From positions 45,136,001 through 45,200,000 of the forward strand of contig OZ076420.1 of NCBI GenBank assembly GCA_964187785.1: DNA of 64,000 bases. The letters run 5' to 3'. This DNA comes from Amphiscolops sp. MND2022 (taxonomy: Eukaryota). The notes under the pieces are model-generated. The model searched no databases and was not told where the DNA came from. It saw only the letters and a program-made list of their open reading frames with translations. Of this stretch, positions 1-13,200 are shown in pieces. How positions within the stretch are numbered: position 1 is the first letter of the stretch; each line of letters opens with the position of its first letter. The position numbers were made by a program, and so were the translations under genes.

Positions 1-1204
1 TGCTTTTGACAGCTTTCTCTCGAGATTTACCTTTCTCAAATCCGATCACTTTTCGAAAAATTTCAGAAATCTTTATTTTGACGTTTTATGTAAAATATTT
101 TCGTCGTACACGTAAGTTATCGCAATTTTCATGATTACTTGTTGTAGCACTGAATTTCTAAAGTTTTCCAATTGTTTTTGTCACAAATCAACGAATTTAT
201 CACATCCGAAATTTTCCTCTTTACCATTCCTGATACATGGGGCAATAGACCCATCTTCATTTCCTATTGAAACTCTAGAGGATACCCAGTGCTACAATAT
301 TAAGCCCTTGAATCAGCTTTTTTCAAAATTAGCATCGAAAATGATTCTAAAAATGAATCTTCAAATTCTGAAGACTTTTCGGCATGAAAATGATAATTGT
401 ACTGAGAAAAGCGTCGATGCTTACCTTTGCGGGTTAGTCTGTTACCACGGAACCGAAATATCGTAGTTCTACGTTTTTTGTCTTGAAGTTTTTGTCAATT
501 GATTGAGGGTCAAAAATGTCCCGATTCAGGGGGCGTTTTGTATTATAATAGCCTTTGCATAAGCCTTGTTCATTTAAAACAATCAAAGATGAATATGATC
601 GGCTGAAGCAGCTATTTTGTTCTATAGTAACCCAGAGGTGTTATGGTCTTTAGTCAGTAACGTGTAGTTAACTGCGTGATCTACTGAGGACGACTGTGGG
701 TAAAATATATCGTGTCTATTGATACGTGACATTTTATCGATAGATCTGCTGTCTATGGTGTCTTTGAATGAAACCGATTTTTTGGCTGTTTCTTTCATGA
801 AGGGTTACTCTATAAAAAATAAACGCAACTTATTAAAGTGGGGTTTGGTAATATAATTGTTTAAATGAAAATTGTAATGTGAAATATTTCTAACAGGGTT
901 AAGAAAAATGCCCCAATGATCAGCGATTAAACTGGTGACCAAAAAATTGCGCTGAATAATAGAATAGTTATGATAGCACTTGCTGATATAGCAAATTGTC
1001 TCTAGCAATTCATAGCTGGCAAGATTTGTTTTCGAAAGTGCATTAGCGTTATTTCAAGATTCGCCTGAAGCATGAAATTTATAAATTAAATTTCTTGTTT
1101 CTCAAAATGTTTCTCTAAAAGGATTGTGTTTTCAGGCGTTTAATGGTCGGAGGTCGTCAATAATTTAACAGCAACGGTGACTACCGGAACGTGAGAATTT
1201 AATT

Positions 1205-4200
1205 ATGGCATCCGATGTTCTAGCCTTCAGTCCAACTCAGGTTGAAAAATATTTCAAAAATCAAGATACATGTGCTTCCTCCGATCTTCTTAATACAGAA
1301 GAGGAAAATTTCTTCCAAGATGACAGCCGAAATGATTCTCAGCTCGACCAGGAAAATGCGCCGCCCAGTAATGTGGGTACCGCAGATTTTGGGGAATGTG
1401 AAGAAAGTGTTCCAAAAGATTTTCTGAAAGAAATTGGAGATGAAAATTCGGATGATGATGACGATGTACAACCAGTTAAGTCTAAAAGTAAACAGCGAGC
1501 GTTGACTGAGAAACAACGAGAATCTGAGAAGTTGAAATTGCATTCAGAAAGTCAACGGATCATGAGAAGTTAGATAACGTACATTGTTTATTATTTTCTG
1601 AAATCTTTGTGGCTAATCATGACTTAATTATTGTAACGAAGACGGGCTAATGTGAAGAATACCCTATCTTTTTGGAGAGAAGCCACTAGGCTCCACAGAA
1701 AATCAACACTAAAGGCCATTACATTTAACGCTTCTGTGTAACGCTATTTTTGGTCCAATTTCACGTAATTTTTGTTCAAAACCAGGAAACTCCTTTCGTT
1801 TGGCAATTAACATACAAAAGCAAAAATTTCTTCTGACTTTGAAAATTCAAATTTTGAGACCCTCATTGGTCAAAATGTTTAGCTAGCTGCTAAAAACAAG
1901 GAAACGATTTTTTAAAGGAAAAACTTTTCTGTCAAAATGAGAATTGTAGTTTTCACTCAAATTTCACGCCATGTTCGGAATTTTGAACAAAAACAGTGAT
2001 TTTAAGGTTTCATGTTCAGTGACACGCTGAAATGTGATTGGGCAATAATTCACGCGATTATACAACTTCACGCCGCGTGAATTTCTACGGAGCCTAGAAG
2101 CGACCCTCTAATCAATGCCGCATTTTTGTTCAGTTACAAAAATAGAAGCTATCGAATGAAGCCACATTTTCGGAGCGGTTAAAGAAGCCGTTACTTTCGG
2201 AAACAAACTGTCTTTGTCATTGATCTATACCACTTCTTTGGAAATATGCAGTCTAAAGATCCAAAAAATAATTCGAGAAATAAGTCAATGAGGCGGACTT
2301 TGGTAGATTTGCTATGGAACAGGAACTGATAAAAATTTTTTGGCTTATTTTCTAAGTTCGAATGAGTTCCACTGGTTTCAAAATTTATGATTACTGTTTT
2401 CAGCCGGAGCTCTGAAACTGCCTAAACTGATCAGTGCTAAGAGCAAAGCTTCTCTGGAAGAGTTTGTGAAGCCAGAAACAAGATTCGGGAATTTTCTGAG
2501 ATCCAAACAAATCTCGACACCTAATACTACCGAGCGCAAGAACAGTCGGTTGGAATGTGAAAATCAAGAAGCAGCTTCACAGCCTGTAGAAAAGACGGAA
2601 AAAACAGTGGAAAAGAGTATCAAAGAAACTAGGAGTCGCCTAGCCGCATTGCGAGCCAAGAAGTTGGAGAAGTTGTTGGGAAAACCTTTACCCGAACTCA
2701 AAACGGCTTCAGTGCGTGAACTGGTGATTGAGAAAGAACTTACAGTAGAAAGTTCAGCACTTAAAGTGAAGTCTGTGGAACACGAAATAGTTCTGGTGAA
2801 GTCTGCGAAAGATATTCAGAAGGATAGGTTGATTGAACGATTCACCCTGCACTCACAGAAAAAGTAAGAATTTGTTAGAAAAATATTTGTGCAGCTTATA
2901 TGAAAGTTTGATGTGAAATGTTTTCCCCAAGTTTAAGAAGGGGCGTGAATTGACGTTATTTTTGTTGTAGTTTCAATACACCCCTTGAATATGAAAATAC
3001 ACTGTAATGACCCCACTTGCTAAGGTTTTCAATGTTTATTTTTATGGGACCGTTATTGATACCGTAAGGAAGCCCTGCATCTTGCAGCGTATATGACCTC
3101 CTAATATTGTCAGACATGGCCTCACTGCAACATGGGCTTCCCAGGCAGTTTCTTCTTCCAATATAAACTGGGTTTCAGTGCGCCGGTCCTTGTTTTAATT
3201 CAATTCGATTTTTAATTAAGTAATCGTGGTGATACTATGCAATCGTCAAACCGACCGTGTATCATTAATTCGAAGAATCCCCATAAATCAATTTTCTCAT
3301 TTCTTGAAAATTTCATTTTTTTTACTGCTAATATTAATGTGTAAATTCTTCAATCGCATTGGCGGCACTGCCAATTTGTTTGAAGTGCATCTTTTGGGAA
3401 TTCTTGAAAAGCATTTTGACAGGTGCTAAAACCAATTTTGTCAATTCTCGAAAATTTCAAAAAAGTTCCCCAATTGACCTCGTAATGGTATGTTTAATTA
3501 ATTTTTGATTTTGGTGATTGCAGGAAAGTCAAGGAACCTATGCCGAAATCTTCGCCCCTTGTTACAGCAGCTAGTGCTGTCGACGAGAGAGTTCTGGTGC
3601 AGATGATGTCACAGTCTGTGGAGGAGGCCAAGAAGGACTCTGCGGCAGCCGCCGGGAACCAGAGTGCCCAAAAGGGAAACAACCCCAACCAACTCGGCTC
3701 TCAGGTTCTGCCCCCAGGAAGAGGCAGGTTCGAATAAGCATCATAGTGATTTATGTCATCGGCTGGCTCGTATGCTGTATGTTCGACCAAAGCGAAACAC
3801 TGCAGATTTTATAAACGACAACCCACCCCATTTACTGATGAAATATTGGTCCCCCAAAATGCACCTCCTGAAGAACTTGTCCCTATAAATAGGGGAGCCG
3901 AAACTTGCCTAATTTTCCAATGCGCTGTTGACGAATATTTCATGTCATATTATGCTCATTCAAATATTCATGTTTTAACAACAAATAATACGGTATTTAT
4001 AATAGTCCCCCAAATTGTACCTCCTAAAGCACGCCCCCAAGCATACTTGAAGAGGCTGTCGTTCATAAGATCTGACTTTTTTGTAGGTTTAACCCTAAAT
4101 GGACAAGGAGCATTCCGGATCCATGCAAAAATCTGCTGCTTCAACTTTAAACCGCAATATCTAAACTACTCAAGACCGACAAACGATTTATAGCGCGTTC

Positions 4201-7200
4201 GAAAGAAGAGCATCAGGCCGCACTGACTCCGGACTTTGCGCCAAAACTTTGCACGCATCGTGTCTCTGACTGCATTCAGCATGCTTGAAAACATGCAAGG
4301 TCCACTTTGACCCAATCTTGATACCAGTGGGATAGAGTGGCCACAATCGAAAACGAAAAACGGAAAATCTGCGTTCGATTTTTTGGTCCCGTTTTCTTTA
4401 TTTCGGAGACATCGTGTCATTATTCCGTGAAAATGCGTGCAATGCTATGTAATATCGTCTGAAAATCTTATTCAAGAGTTTTCTCTACCGTACGGTCAAT
4501 TGTTGCGTTTGCAGAAGTTTGCAGAAACTAACTGGCACGAAATCGTACCATGGTCTATTTAGGGTTAACAATATCGCTGGTACTTCACCGACGTCATTCT
4601 GTATACTCATCGTTCTGAGGCAACTAATCTGACTGAACTGAACTATATGCTGTCCCTCCAAAAATTTCGTTAACCCACAAAATTACGGAGTCATTTTCTC
4701 TTGTATCCTAAAAAGCCATCTAACATACAACTAGGTACCCGACCTAGGTCTAAAATGTACTGCAGAATTATCCTAATCCTCGCTATCGATATTTTAGTAC
4801 TTTTTCTGAGTTTTCTCAAAATCGGCCCAAGAACTTTCTCTGTGTTGTTAATTACACTTGCGATAAGCAAGTGTTATGGGAAAGTGCGGGTTTTTTTCCG
4901 CGCGACAACTCTCGTTTCAGACCGCAAGTCGCATAGTCTGAATTTGTGGCCGTGCAAGTTGCAACTTCTACTGGCACTTGGCATAGAGGTTAATTAGGAT
5001 TTTTTGAGGCCTGCCAAGCAGAAGGACATGGGTTCGAGTCTCGCCCTTGACCAAAATTTTGTGTGCATGTTATTTCAGCTTTGTGATTTTTTCTCGCAAT
5101 TTTTTTTCATGTCACCTAAGATTCCTCCCTTCATTTTTTTGATATTTTGCAACAGAACGTATTTTAAAAAATCTCAAAGTGCCCCCCTTTTACAGTTTTC
5201 GGCATTGTGAGATTTTTCAAATCGAATAATTTTTGTCTTAAAATTAGGTTTTCTCAGGCCCAGCACGCTATATCCGATTTTTGTTTTTTTTTAGAGACCG
5301 GTGTTTTTTCTCTGCGACTTTTTTTCATCGAAGCCCCAATTTTTACTAGAAACGAAACGTTTTGCGAGCAGAAAGCACTGCTCAAGATTTTCGGCACTAT
5401 GCGACTTGCCGGAGACCTTCATCAAAAAAAATTTCGAAAAATTCCGAAAAAATTTCCTCAATTTTCTGTTTTTTTTTAAAGGTTTACGGTTGAGAAAGAT
5501 GGGTTTTCTGTTGTTTCCACTTGGAGAAGAATTGTTTTCGAGATTTATGGGTATCCTTCGGGATTTTTTGGCGCTGTAAAATTGATGAAATTTTAACAAT
5601 GTCCGTTTACCCTTGGCTCTCCGTATGATATTGCTTATTTGGGTTTCTTCAAAAGTTCGCAACTTTCTTCGCAAGTGTTTGCGAAGCACGGCTTCGCCTC
5701 TGTGTTTCACCCATGTCATCACAGGCCTGATAATAACTGTTTTTCAGGGAACCGATTTGAAAGTATAGCTACGAAAGAAATAAAATACTTCATGTTCTTC
5801 GTGTTTTTCCTCGAAAAGTGTGTTCATGAGATTGTGAATTACCTAGGCCCATTCCATTGGTTGGCAGGTTTCTTCTGAAAGGCAAATTACGGGACTGCAT
5901 GTTGGACAAGATGCGGGAGAGACACGAGGTGAGGTGTGAGTTGTACCAGCAGGAGTTGAAGGACTACAACGAGAGGATGGGCATCGAGGAGGAGGAGGGA
6001 GAGAACAAGGCCAACGAGCTGGAGAGTGAAGACGAGGACTTCGAGCCCGACCAGGGACAAGCTAGTGACGACGACGGTTAGTGCACTATACATTTGTATT
6101 TATATCTTTTGCCCAATCTTTTGTATTCACCATAATATGAGGAAATACAGTGTTTTTTTAATATTTGGTTTATATCGTTTTTTTTCTTGAATAGTGTTAC
6201 ATTTTGTCTCACATGTCCTGTTTTTATGTTGATAACATGAATAGGAATTAACACGTTTATGGTATCATGCATCAGAGTATGCTGTCATTAAGGACTCGCT
6301 TTTCAGGTGATTTTTTTGGGATTTTAGGTGACGACCAGTTCCATTTTGGACGATTCTGGGTGACAAAAAAATATATACTGAAAAATGTTAACCCTAAATG
6401 GACCAGGAATTTTCCGGATTCATCCAAAAATCTGGTGCTTAATCTTTAAACCGCAATATCTCCTAAACTACTCAAGTCCGACAAACAATTTATAGCGCGT
6501 TCGAAAGAAGACAATCAGGGCTTTCAAATTGATTTTTGAACTGCTGGGCTGGGGGCCCGCGGTGGCTCCGGACTTAGCGCCAAAACTTTGCACGCTTCGT
6601 GTTTCTGACCGCATTTCAGCATGTTTCAAAACATGCTATGACCACTCTGACCCAATCTTGATACCAGTGGGATAAAGTGGCCATAAACGAAAACTTAAAA
6701 AACGGAAAATCTGGCCTGTTTTTTTTTTTAAAAAAAAAAGATTTTTGGTCCCGTTTTCTTGATTTTGGAGACACAATGTCAATAATTCGTGAAAGTAATT
6801 CTATGTAATATCGTCTGAAAATCTTGTTCAAAAGTTTTCTTTACCATACGGTCAGCTAGTTCGTTCAGAAGTTTGCAGAAACTAACTGGGACGAATACGT
6901 CCCAATGGTCCATTTAGGGTTAATTCAGACAATTGTTGAGATACAACAACATATGAACTTCTAAGCTCTCAAATGCAAAAACTTCCTGTTCTTGAAGTAA
7001 TGGGCGCAAACTTAAAACGTGCGAGATCGTTAGGCAAAAATCAATAATTTGTGATGTTTTTTAGTCGGCGCTTCATGAAGTGAAACGCGACTATTATAGT
7101 GACTCTTTTTTTCTATTCACACGAACTGACCAAAATAGTTCTTAAAAGTTCTACAAAATATTATGGTGTCAAATTGCACCATTTGGCGTAGCGAACTGGA

Positions 7201-10200
7201 CCAAAAAGGTTTTCCCTGTTTTTCCGCGTAACATACCATACCGGGCAACACCAAAGGGTCCCCCCTTTCAATTTTTTTCGGCACTGCGAGACATTTTTTT
7301 CGGAAATTTTTTCCCCCAAAGGGTCCCCCTTGCATTTTTTTGATGTTTTGCGACAGAATGGATGTTGAAAAATCCCAAAGGTCCCCCTTTCAGTTTTTTT
7401 CGGCATTGTGAGATTTAAAAAAAAATTTCCTCCAAAGGGTCCCCCTTCAGTTTCTTTGATATTTGATATTTTGCAACAATGTATGTTAGTTTTTTCAAAA
7501 TGTTTTGCGCTTTCTGAGCCTTAGATATAGCGCCGACTTTAGACGTTCTCGTCTTGTTTTTAGTATCTGTAGCATCGAAATATTTTTTTTCTTACAGCCA
7601 TTAGTACTTATCAAATTACCTGTTCCGGCCACATAAAAAACTTATTTTTACCTGACGCGGAAATGAACTTTATTTTATTAATCGTTGAAAAAAAATTCAC
7701 TATGGTTATAACCACCAATTTGATAAAGTTTATCACATTAATTTTTAATTTCTCAGCTCTCTTGGTATTGTGTTGCTTATGCCTGCATTTCTAAGACCGT
7801 TTTTTGAAGAAGGAAAAGAATTGGTGTGCGTGGAATTACCACATTTTCAACACTGTATTTCCCTTTTAGTCTTTTATTTGTTATTTCTTAATATTGACAA
7901 AACTCAACTTCTATTCAACCGAAGTCTGTTGACTTAATTAAAGAGTTAATATTTTTTTAGATGAAGGCGACAGCGGAAGTGACATCGGATCAGATGTAGC
8001 CGGCGAAGGTGGGGAGAATGAAGAAGATGAAGACGAAGATGAGGAAGAAAGACGTGAACGGAATTTGTTGATTGAAGACGAAGCGGAAGAAGACGACGAC
8101 GATGAACAAGATGCTGAAGACGACAATCTTGCTGAAAAGGATGCAAATGACGTCACTGAGTGCAGAGGGAGTGCCAAAGGCAACCACTTGTCAAAGGGCA
8201 ACGAGAAGAGGTTAATCATCTGATTTTCTGCTGTAGCATTCAGTATCAATATTAGCAGTGCTTGTTAGAGTGTTATCATTACGGTGTTTTGAGAAATAGA
8301 ATATGATGTGGGAGGCTACGCTAAACAGTACAAAATGTTGGAGACTAAAAATTTCGATCAAAAATTTTTCTCAAACCGGTAAAAAATTGCAGTGAACTGT
8401 ACAATTTTGAGTGAATGTCAAAAGTGGTTATAGGTCTTTAAATTTGTTGGAAATTATTTCTTTTTCACAATTTTTTGTGCCTAACGTTTTTGTTGAATTC
8501 TGTTTTTTAGTCGGCGCTTTTCTTAAGAAAAGAGCCCGACTATTACAGTCAGTCGTTTTTTTTTATTTAAGACAGACTCGAAGCGACGAACGTTAAAATT
8601 AACGTTCAACTACTAAATAAGTACTAAACTACTGGACCGCTAAAGGCAAACGGGGAGCGCATTCATTTACTTTTTCAACGTTACATACAAGCCCGGACGG
8701 GACTAAAGTTTCGTACCCCCCCTCCCCCTTTCGATTTTTTTTCGGCGCTGTGAGATTTTTTTTCGAATTTTTTTTAATGTCCCCAAAGGGTCCCCCCTTT
8801 GAGTTTTTTGTTATTTTGCTACAGAATGCGTGTTTATAAATCAAAAAGGGTCCCCCTTTTACATTTTTCGGCACTGTGCGACATTTTCCGAAAAATTTTT
8901 TTTTCGAAAATTTCAAGTTTTTTTCCAAAAAAAATGTTTTGCCCTTTTTGAGCCTTAGATATAGCGCCGACTTGAGGCGTTCTCGTCTTGTTTTTGTTGT
9001 CCTTTGAAATTATCACCAATATCTCTCAAGTTTTCTGTGATGGTTTTCTAAATAGTATACATCTCATTTGGATGTAATAAGAATCCTAATTCTCAAAGCT
9101 GTCAAGATTTTCGATTTCATCAACTTTCATTTCTGTTAAGTTCGTTTCCGATTATTCAAAGTGCTCTTACCCTGAGCATGGTTTTGCTGCAAGTTAATGT
9201 TGAACGGTGCAAAACTGAACAAATTGTTGTGTCATTGATGTTGCTTGATGAATGGATGTCGGTGGAAAGTTAATTACCAATTAAACGGTAAAACTACTTC
9301 TTTGAGCTTCAATCCTTGGCGCTGTTTCATCTGCTTTACAATAGATGGCGGCCCAACAGATATTAAAACCGCCGCCAGCTAATTTTCACTTATCCCTTTG
9401 AAATTTCTTGCCGCTCGATCCTTTCAAATATTTCCATCTTTTACTTCTATCAATTTCTCATTTGCAAAATAAAAGATGAAAGCGTTTACCCGAACTGAGC
9501 ATAAATTTGCAGGGTAACTCAAATACCTGTTTTTGCAGCGGCACTTTCGTCGCTTGTTGTAATTATACTGATAATTTTTCAAAGTAATTAGTGACGTTTT
9601 ATGTGAAATGGCTGCAGAAATTAGTTATGAGAAGTTCAGCTGCTTTAAAAATCAATTTCGAACAATTTTTTGGTTCTAATACATGAAACTTTTTGAGCCT
9701 AAAGATTGAATTAAGTTGTTTGTTGCTTATGACCGCTAACCGAATGATTTCATTCCTCACAGAAGGGTACCGATGATGAAAAGGATTGAGTATTTTTACC
9801 CCCCCCCCCTTGTATGCAAACTGTTTATGTGGTTGTCTCTCAAAGAAACTCATGTCCTTTTAACAGAAATGGGGTCTTGTAATAAATACAATGGTGTAAT
9901 AAAAGAACTAAACCTTTATTTATAAGAAATAATTTGGTCTGCTTATAAACAAAGCTAGCGTTTTCCAGGGTGATTTCTTTCATTCTCTATTTTACTCATG
10001 AGTTTAAGGGACTGGAAAGACAAATTGAATGTTTAAGATAATGGGTACAATCGCCTTAATTAGCAGATTCTCTTGATATTAATTTTATCAATAAAAAATC
10101 TAAAACAGAAAACAATCCCCTATCTTTGCGGAAAATTTCTGTTTCTCACATATTAAGATAGTAAATGAAATGAAATAATAGAAAAACCATTATCAAAAAC

Positions 10201-13200
10201 TATATAATACCAATTATATGTAGATGTATCCATGATTCAGAGGGTTCCCAATCTTCAAAACTCAAGTTTGGATGTTTTAGGAGTACTTCGTCCAGACATG
10301 CCTCGAATAAAGGTGCTGGTGACAATTCTCTGGAGAGAAATGAAACCATGCTCAGTGATGTGTCTTCCTACTTCCCGGCTGCTCAAATTCGCAGATCTGA
10401 GAGCAACGTCACTTCTCTAGAGGGACTCAACAACAATCAGGCAAGTTTAACTGCGAAAAGCAAAAAAACTTACTGAGTTTTCGGGCAAAATATCAACCGG
10501 GACCAATATAAGTTTGCCTGTTTTCCATTGGAAGGTGACTCTAATACTGAACGCGTCGTTTCAAAAACAGCATTCAGACATTGGCTTGCAAGCCGCACGA
10601 ACAGGGAAATGAATCCGAATCGAAATTATTGCCATAAGTTTGTTTTGGTTTCAAACACTCGCCCTAAATGGTACATTTTTGAAAATTGAAATTTAGATTT
10701 TTTTTTCAGATTTTTAAGATTGAATAAACATTTTCTTAACTGCATGTATCGGATACTAACTATGCTTCGATGATTTAATTTCAAAACCATCGAACGTTTG
10801 TCGGATTTTTCAGCTGATCAATGTTGAAATTTGAATTTTTTCAAAATCCAAGGTTGTGCATTTAGAAATTTAGAGGTATTCCTTTTTGCGAAAGCTAACC
10901 TCGATTTTCAATTATTGTGTTTAATTTTTGATTTTGATATCTTTCAATAATCGGACTATCGATTTTTTAGTGCAATAAAAATATTTGGTTTAGAAAAATC
11001 TAAAACATTTCTCATGAGAAATATTTTTTTTCTGTATCCCCGAGCACTACCTTTTGATAATTCCACAAATTCGAGCTTGATTGGCTCTAAATTATTATTC
11101 TATCAAATTGTATTCACAAAAACCATTTTCGAAGAAAAAGGACGTTGAAAAACTAACCCACTGCGGGGCTCAGTGGTATTTCTGCTTTAGGTTACCCCTT
11201 TAACTTCAAAGTTCAACAAGCCGGGACCGGCCCAAGTCGGCGCCATATCCAAGGCTCAAAAATAGCAAAAGGACTTCCCAGTGTCAATTTACAGTACTCG
11301 AAAATCGAAAAGCCAAAAAAATGGACCGAGTGGCGCGCCGGGGCCTGCTAGCGCGAGCCCCTGGCGCGCTAAAGAGAAAAAAATTTAGAAAAAAAATCTC
11401 AATGCCGAAAAAATTGAAAGGGGGGACCCTTTGGGATTTTCAACATCTATTCTGTCGCAAAACAGCAAAAAAATTGAAGGGGGGACCATTTGGGAAAAAA
11501 ATTTCCCGAAAAGTCTCGCAGTGCCGAAAAAAAAATTGAAAAGGGGTCTCGCCCGCTATGGTATGTTACGCGGGAAAACAGGAAAAACTTTTTTGGTTCA
11601 GTTCGCTAGACCAAATAGTGCAATTTGGTGCAATAATATTTTGTAGAACTTTCAAGAAATATTTTGGTCAGTTCGTGTGGATTGAAAAAAAAAGCCACTA
11701 TAATAGACGCGTTTCACTCCATGAAGCGCCTACTAAAAATAACAGACGCCCGCTAAGCACCGGGATATTTTCCGCTACAAAAAATGTAACGCTCCAGCCC
11801 GGGTTCGAACCCATGACCTCGTGCCTGGCAGGCAGACGCACTACCAACTGTGCCACGGTGATCAGTTTATCGTTTTACTAAATGGAATAAATAAAAGTGG
11901 AAATTTGGCAGAATTTGTAAAAAAACGCAACACAGATTGATTTTCCTCCCCCATTTATGTGGGCGGAAAATAAAAACCTACAATGTATCTGAAATAACTA
12001 TACAATCGTTATTTCATTATATAGCGCACAATTTACACCGCCTTTGATTCTACTCGGACGAAAGAAAATACAACTACAGTCGGACCTCGATATAATGAAC
12101 CATCGATACAACGTAACTCTCGTTATAACGCACTTTGATTTCTAAACCAATGGAAATCAAGTACATACACAAGTACAAAAAAGTATTCGAAACAGCGCAA
12201 ACTCCTTTCAACGTAATCAATGAGATACTCCCCGAGAGATGCGGTAAACCGAGGTCCGACTGTACTAAGCGTGCAATGCGTTTCGCATTCGAATGCCGGC
12301 GAAGCTCTCAGCGTACGAATATTTAACGCTCGTTCGCTTCATCTCGTTAAAAGCGCTGTCTCGATGCTACGAGAATGGCATGAATTAGCTAAATGCTTGA
12401 AGTAGCGCAGCCTCGCTGCTACTGAAATTGGCTAACAAAAGCGGTTGACAAATAGGTCCGGAAAAAGATCACGCAGAAATGTTAGTAGGTAAAAACGCCG
12501 TGGTCGAGGAAATTTTGAACAAGATCCAAATGAGTGCGAAGTCGCCCTATATGTTGTCACACTGCTTCGTCTGACACTTTAAACTTGCAAAAAATATATA
12601 ATGCGGGCTGCTTTTCAAAAGTAATAACGTTCATCAATCAATAATGACAGTGATCAGGTTAGCTCATTGAAAGAAACATGCCATTTGTTTTAGTCGTTTG
12701 ACGACAGCTTTCTCCCAGTTGGTTTGTTCAGAACAGATTCCACCAAAAGCAGCAACGCCGACGAATCAATTTTCAGCCAATCAAATGTCTTTGATGACGA
12801 TGGTTTTCTCCGAACCGAGCGGTCCAATCACAAAGAGAAGAGCCAAAAGGAACACGACAATTGGATTAAATCTCTGCTCAACAACTCGTCAACCGAGTCT
12901 GCCAACAACCAATCAAATAACGGCATTGTCGGTACTTATGACGATGAAGTAGCTAATTTGTGTTCGCAAAACGAGTTTCCAGCGCCCGCCAAGTTTTGTC
13001 CTCAAAAAGAAGACGCAGTGATTGATCCTGAGGATTTGGGGTTTCCTTGCAGTGGCACTTTCCAGAGCCAGTGCATCAATTCTGAGAAGGCTTCTCAAAG
13101 TATGGTCTACATGGGACAAGCTGTGCACACGAAGTAAATAATTTCAAGTCAACTGGAAGCTTTGCTTAGGTCTATTGTAAGGATTGTTGATGGGTTATTG

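Noticed and set aside
3753-4193. 146-aa ORF in Claspin intron 3
   Set aside because: Spans the intron and runs into a MITE; no recognisable domain and not needed for the spliced gene.
7938-8249. Ser-rich minus-strand ORFs opposite acidic Claspin exons (also 15770..16255, 17024..17395)
   Set aside because: Antisense shadows of GAA/GAC-rich coding exons.
11791-11861. Functional tRNA genes (here and at 23368, 23724, 16686)
   Set aside because: Acceptor, anticodon or T stems are mismatched; kept only as tRNA-derived relics.
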